Made by a program: the position numbers and the translations under genes. From an uncultured bacterium (GTDB lineage Bacteria > Actinomycetota > Coriobacteriia > Coriobacteriales > Eggerthellaceae): DNA of 64,000 nt. Positions within the stretch are counted from its first letter, which is position 1. Each line of letters starts with the position of its first letter. Shown in pieces: positions 59,665-64,000 of the stretch. Under the pieces are notes generated by a model. The model was not told where the DNA came from. It did no database searches and saw only the letters and a program-made list of their open reading frames with translations. The stretch is taken from assembly GCA_905215035.1 (NCBI GenBank), contig CAJMOJ010000002.1, forward strand, positions 4,077 to 68,076. Direction: 5' to 3'.

Positions 59665-61008
59665 TTAAAACTCTAAATCCTCAAGTCGCTCAAAAACAAT
59701 ATCTTTACGCGTCAAGAAATCCCAAGGATCAAAAATCTCATCAAGGACCTCTTTGGATAAGTTAGCCTCAGGATCTGCTTCAAGACGCTCACGATAGGAT
59801 GGTCCATCGACAGCATTTTGAATATCCTCCCACACCTTCATAGCGTTGCGCTGCACGATAACATACGCATCTTCACGTGAAATACCCGTATCAACAAGAG
59901 CAAGAAGAACCTTTGAGCTAAAGATCAAGCCCTTGGTACGCCACAGATTGTGCTCCATCTTGGCAGGATAGGTCTGCAGGCCATCAAGCATCCACTGCAT
60001 CTTGCCAAACATGTAATCGAGCGCAATAAAGCTGTCAGCTAAAGCAACACGCTCAGCGCCAGAGTGAGAAATGTCGCGCTCATACCACAGGGCAACATCG
60101 TCAAACGCAACCTGTGCGTTAGCTTTAACAACACGCGCCAATCCGCATACACGCTCTGCCGTAATCGGGTTGCGCTTATGAGGCATTGCTGAAGAACCTT
60201 TTTGTCCCTTAGTAAAGGGTTCCTCCGCTTCAATTACATCTGACTGCTGAAGCAAACGAACCTGCATAGCAATAGACTCAAGCGTTGAAGCAGTAACGGC
60301 AAGTGCAGCCATAACTTGAGCATGACGATCACGTGCCAATACCTGCGTTGACAGTGGATCAGGTGTTAGTCCAAGCTTTTCGCATACATACTGCTCTACA
60401 AAAGGATCGATGCTGGAATACGTTCCAACCGCACCAGAAATTGCACCAGTTGCAGCAACAGCACGAGCCTCTTCCATACGAGTCAAAGCGCGTTTTAATG
60501 CCCATGCCCATGAACCAAACTTCATGCCAAATGTCATAGGCTCAGCATGAATACCATGCGTGCGGCCAACGCAAAGCGTGTTTTGGAACTCAAAAGCACG
60601 ACGCTTACAGGTCTCACCAAGTTGCTTAATGTCTTCGATAATAATGTCGCATGCTTGGGTAATCTGATAGGAAAGAGCAGTATCACCTAAGTCAGAAGAA
60701 GTCATACCATAATGAACCCATCGGCTTGGAGGCTCTTGTCCCTCAGGAACATCTGCATCAATGTACTCAGCCATGCAGGTGGTAAACGCAATGACGTCAT
60801 GATTAGTAACTTTTTCAATCTCATCGATGCGCTCAACAGTAAAGTCAGCATGATCGCGAATCCACTGCGCCTCTTCTTTGGTAATTCCTGACTTACCTAG
60901 TTCAGCTTGCGCCTCACATGCTAAAACTTCAATCTCTTTCCAGATGGAAAACTTATTTTCCATCTCCCAGATTGCTCCCATTTGTGGGCGTGTATAACGT
61001 CCAATCAT
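59665..61008 (-). CDS. purB: Adenylosuccinate lyase
   Basis: HDVIAF, HYGMTSSD, GRTHGIHAEP, GSSAMPHKRNP, ERDISHS. Confidence 0.97.
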   Translation of the reverse strand: MIGRYTRPQMGAIWEMENKFSIWKEIEVLACEAQAELGKSGITKEEAQWIRDHADFTVERIDEIEKVTNHDVIAFTTCMAEYIDADVPEGQEPPSRWVHYGMTSSDLGDTALSYQITQACDIIIEDIKQLGETCKRRAFEFQNTLCVGRTHGIHAEPMTFGMKFGSWAWALKRALTRMEEARAVAATGAISGAVGTYSSIDPFVEQYVCEKLGLTPDPLSTQVLARDRHAQVMAALAVTASTLESIAMQVRLLQQSDVIEAEEPFTKGQKGSSAMPHKRNPITAERVCGLARVVKANAQVAFDDVALWYERDISHSGAERVALADSFIALDYMFGKMQWMLDGLQTYPAKMEHNLWRTKGLIFSSKVLLALVDTGISREDAYVIVQRNAMKVWEDIQNAVDGPSYRERLEADPEANLSKEVLDEIFDPWDFLTRKDIVFERLEDLEF

Positions 61009-61126
61009 CAGCGAGACTCCTATCTCTTAGTCCTTGCATCCCAAGTACTCTTTATTGCTAAGTATAGTTGCTTATAAATTGTTTATAGAGTGCATGCAAC
61101 CACTAGAATACAGTTACCTACAACCC

Positions 61127-61798
61127 CTAGAGCGCACGAATAATCTCTCGTGCGCGCGTAAGCTTGTCAGTATCAGCAGCAACAATAACCTCATCGCCTG
61201 GATGAATAATCGTATTATTTCCTACAACTTCAATCTCATCGCCATGATTAACAGCAACCATGCGAATCCCTTCATCAAATTCTATATCCACTGCACGCAC
61301 ACCCGCTTCATTATCATGATATTGCATGCCTGGTACCGTAATATCCAAAAGCGCTAAGTCATCATTGGTCATGGCAACCGCAACTGACATAGAACCAAGC
61401 ATTGCTTCTTCTTGAATCATACGCGCGATCAACGCTGTTGAAGAAATTGACTCAATACCCAAACGTCTAAAAATGCGGAGGTTCTTTGGGTTATTAACAC
61501 GTGCAATACAGCGTTGCACCTCGAATACGCGGCTGGCAATCTCACACGCTGCCAAATTATCCTCATCACGTCCTGTTGCGGCCACAAAAATATCTGCGTG
61601 ATCAACGCCAGCATCTTCTTGACGCGATACCTCACACCCATCGCCACAAATCACCAGAAACGGACCTTGCATGGTTTCGGAAAGTATCTTGGCTACATTT
61701 TCTTTTGCCTCAATAAGAGCGACTTCGTGCCCATCATTGAGCAAGAAGTTGGCCAAGTACACGCCAACCTTGCCGCCACCTACAATCGTAATATACAT
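61127..61798 (-). CDS. trkA: TrkA/KtrA-family potassium uptake regulatory subunit
   Basis: IVGGGKVG Rossmann motif, ATGRDEDN, RCK-C domain. Confidence 0.9.
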   Translation of the reverse strand: MYITIVGGGKVGVYLANFLLNDGHEVALIEAKENVAKILSETMQGPFLVICGDGCEVSRQEDAGVDHADIFVAATGRDEDNLAACEIASRVFEVQRCIARVNNPKNLRIFRRLGIESISSTALIARMIQEEAMLGSMSVAVAMTNDDLALLDITVPGMQYHDNEAGVRAVDIEFDEGIRMVAVNHGDEIEVVGNNTIIHPGDEVIVAADTDKLTRAREIIRAL

Positions 61799-61837
61799 AA
61801 GCTTTTCTCCTGGCCTTTCTTCCGGCCTTCTAACGCA

Positions 61838-62503
61838 TTAGCTTTTCATATATTTAGCCAAATTGCGCACCATATCATGACGCGCACAGGCAAGAACTAA
61901 ATCGCCCTGAAACAATACGCTATTTTCAGAAGGGATCGATGACGTAGATCCGTCAGATCGCACAAAAGCACAAATTCTAATATCGTGATTCTTTTCGATC
62001 TCACCAACACGAATAGAAGTTTTCCCTAATGCAGTAAGGTCGAGCGCAAACTGCAAAACTTCATAGTCGCCAAAGGTAGCAATATGATCTCCCAGCCCCG
62101 ACATGATTTTGGAAAAAAGCTCTTCTGCCACAAGGGCTGTTCCACACACGTAATCAATACCCAGCTGCAAGTAAGCATGCTCATGGCTGGTATTGTAAAG
62201 ACGAGCAAAAGCATGAGGGACATCATAGAGTCGACGAGCAATTTCAACAACCATCAAATTAGCATTGTCTGACTGTGTAACTGCTGCCACAAAATCGCAT
62301 TCTTCAATACCAGCTTTAACAAGAACTTCCTCATCAAAACCAGCTCCAACAAAGACACTTCCATTAAAGTCGCGGCCTAAAGAGGCAAACGCCTCAGGAT
62401 TACGATCAATAACACAAACATTGTTGTCGTAGTTGGAGAGCATGATTGCAAGCTGAGATCCAACGCGCCCGCAACCAACCACGATGATATTGCTCATAGC
62501 CAC
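61838..62503 (-). CDS. trkA: TrkA/KtrA-family potassium uptake regulatory subunit (second paralogue)
   Basis: VVGCGRVG, VTQSDNAN; start GTG 62503 or ATG 62497. Confidence 0.9.
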   Translation of the reverse strand: MAMSNIIVVGCGRVGSQLAIMLSNYDNNVCVIDRNPEAFASLGRDFNGSVFVGAGFDEEVLVKAGIEECDFVAAVTQSDNANLMVVEIARRLYDVPHAFARLYNTSHEHAYLQLGIDYVCGTALVAEELFSKIMSGLGDHIATFGDYEVLQFALDLTALGKTSIRVGEIEKNHDIRICAFVRSDGSTSSIPSENSVLFQGDLVLACARHDMVRNLAKYMKS

Positions 62504-62806
62504 CCTTTCTTACTTAAAGGAGTCTTTAGTATAGCGCGAACTAGCCACAAGCAATGACGTAGAGCACTAACAAGAAGTTGAACTACACAGATAGTGTACG
62601 GGTTTCACGCGTGGATAACACATGTTTGCAGCTTTTTGTATGTTGCGACACTAAAACTAGGCTTTTTGCACAGAGTTGCCACCTTGCGCCGGAACGCGGC
62701 TTCAATATCCGCTTTTCCGCAAGAGAAAACAGACTATCTACCAGCCCTTTTAGGCAGCAAAGAAGCTCAAGAGAAATTTAGAAGAAACTTGCAAGGTCAG
62801 CAAGGA

Positions 62807-63655
62807 TTAGAGGAAACGGTAATACACCGTACGTGTGCCCCAATCAGCCACATTGCTTGCACCTAAGGCAGTATAAACACCAGGAGCTAAATCGAGTGCA
62901 CGACCATACTTAGCAAAGCTTCCCGTGTCAGTAACAGTGGCAATAACTACCTTGTCTTGATAACAAATCTCAACAATGTGTCCTAAAAGATATGACTTGC
63001 TCTCAGGAACTGCTACAGTAACCGAGCCACCATGCAGAGAAACTCCTGAGGCAGTAGTAGTAACACCAAAATTGCCCTTGCCATCATCATTAGTAGCAAC
63101 ATTGTAGGCACTAGCTACGCCACTAGTCCAACTTCCGTCATGCACATCAGGAGCTACTCGAGGAGCAGTAGGCAGCGGGTCAAGCGTACAAACCTCACGC
63201 GCTTTCTCAACGGCAGTAGGATTAGAATAATCAACTGCAACAGGAACGACAACGGGATCAGGATCTTTGACCGTAATAGAACGAGGAGAAGCATCCGTTG
63301 GATTTACCACTTCTGAAGGAACATCGGATACCTGGGCAAGATCATCATTGGATAAACCTTTGATTCTGTCTGCCGCAGCCACCGTTTCTGAATCTGAAGC
63401 CGATTGCGAATCACCCACGCCAATGGTTGATGTATCTGCTTCATTTGCGCCTTGTGCTGCGTTAGTAATAGTAAGTGTAAGCGCTCCGATAACCGCGACG
63501 ATTGCCAAAAGAATCAAAAGCATTGCAGGCGACCGACGCTGTTTAGTATGTATATTGGCTGAAGCCAAATAACCTCCAAGGTCCGGGCTTGCTTTCATCT
63601 CAAACAAGGTCTTGTGCTTCTCAAGTGCACGCAATCCATGTCTTGATTGGTCCAT
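62807..63655 (-). CDS. Membrane-anchored protein with an RlpA-like double-psi beta-barrel (putative lytic transglycosylase)
   Basis: TM helix, Pro-rich linker, ASAY..TTASG..VA..VTDTG..GRALDL. Confidence 0.75.
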   Translation of the reverse strand: MDQSRHGLRALEKHKTLFEMKASPDLGGYLASANIHTKQRRSPAMLLILLAIVAVIGALTLTITNAAQGANEADTSTIGVGDSQSASDSETVAAADRIKGLSNDDLAQVSDVPSEVVNPTDASPRSITVKDPDPVVVPVAVDYSNPTAVEKAREVCTLDPLPTAPRVAPDVHDGSWTSGVASAYNVATNDDGKGNFGVTTTASGVSLHGGSVTVAVPESKSYLLGHIVEICYQDKVVIATVTDTGSFAKYGRALDLAPGVYTALGASNVADWGTRTVYYRFL

Positions 63656-64000
63656 TGCTCACACCTGCGCATGACAAACACAGATGTGCCGTGAACGTAA
63701 TCCGACTACTTGCCAAGCCGTTTTAGATAACAGACATCTATAAGGGCTTCCATGCGCACACGCTTTTCTCTGCGTGATCTCATGAGACATCTGTATCTCT
63801 TTTCAGCGTTATCAATTATAGCTCTTTATCGGTATCTCACAAATTTAGACTGCCCCGTGAACGGTCTTTACCATTTCGTCTTCCTGTGGTATACAGCATC
63901 TTCTCTACCAGAACACTTATGCCCGTTATAGTGGGGTTTTATCATCAAAGGCTTTACTCAAGAGCCCACCAACCATTGATTGTGCCCCACTATTTGATGC

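Noticed and set aside
62504..62806. c-di-AMP (ydaO) riboswitch upstream of the trkA pair, and short plus-strand ORFs
   Set aside because: No ydaO consensus on the minus strand; the ORFs lack an RBS and protein-like features.

Overview
Bacterial chromosomal window with mid-range GC. Gene content suggests an anaerobic actinobacterium of the Coriobacteriia/Eggerthellaceae type (inference, not searched). Housekeeping genes include purF, purC, purB, folE, xth, mazG, two trkA-type genes, an OmpR-type two-component pair and a classical menaquinone cluster (menF, menD, menH-menB, menE-menC) with two in-frame fusions. Signalling and surface genes at 6-23 kb include a PAS-GGDEF cyclase translationally coupled to a purF lacking Cys1, a hybrid histidine kinase, and two very large cell-surface proteins. 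Each surface gene has a ~130 bp upstream segment bounded by inverted repeats sharing a CCCG(C/T)AA core. An accessory tract at about 25.4-38.1 kb surrounds an initiator tRNA-Met. It holds a decayed IS30, VapBC, HicAB, RhuM-Fic/Doc, an orphan GHKL-like gene, a gene remnant and a three-gene membrane protein/HTH/Ser-Thr kinase module. A rubredoxin missed by the ORF track lies at 23258-23422. No CRISPR array, rRNA, integrase or phage structural genes were seen. All calls come from reading motifs by eye; no searches were run.
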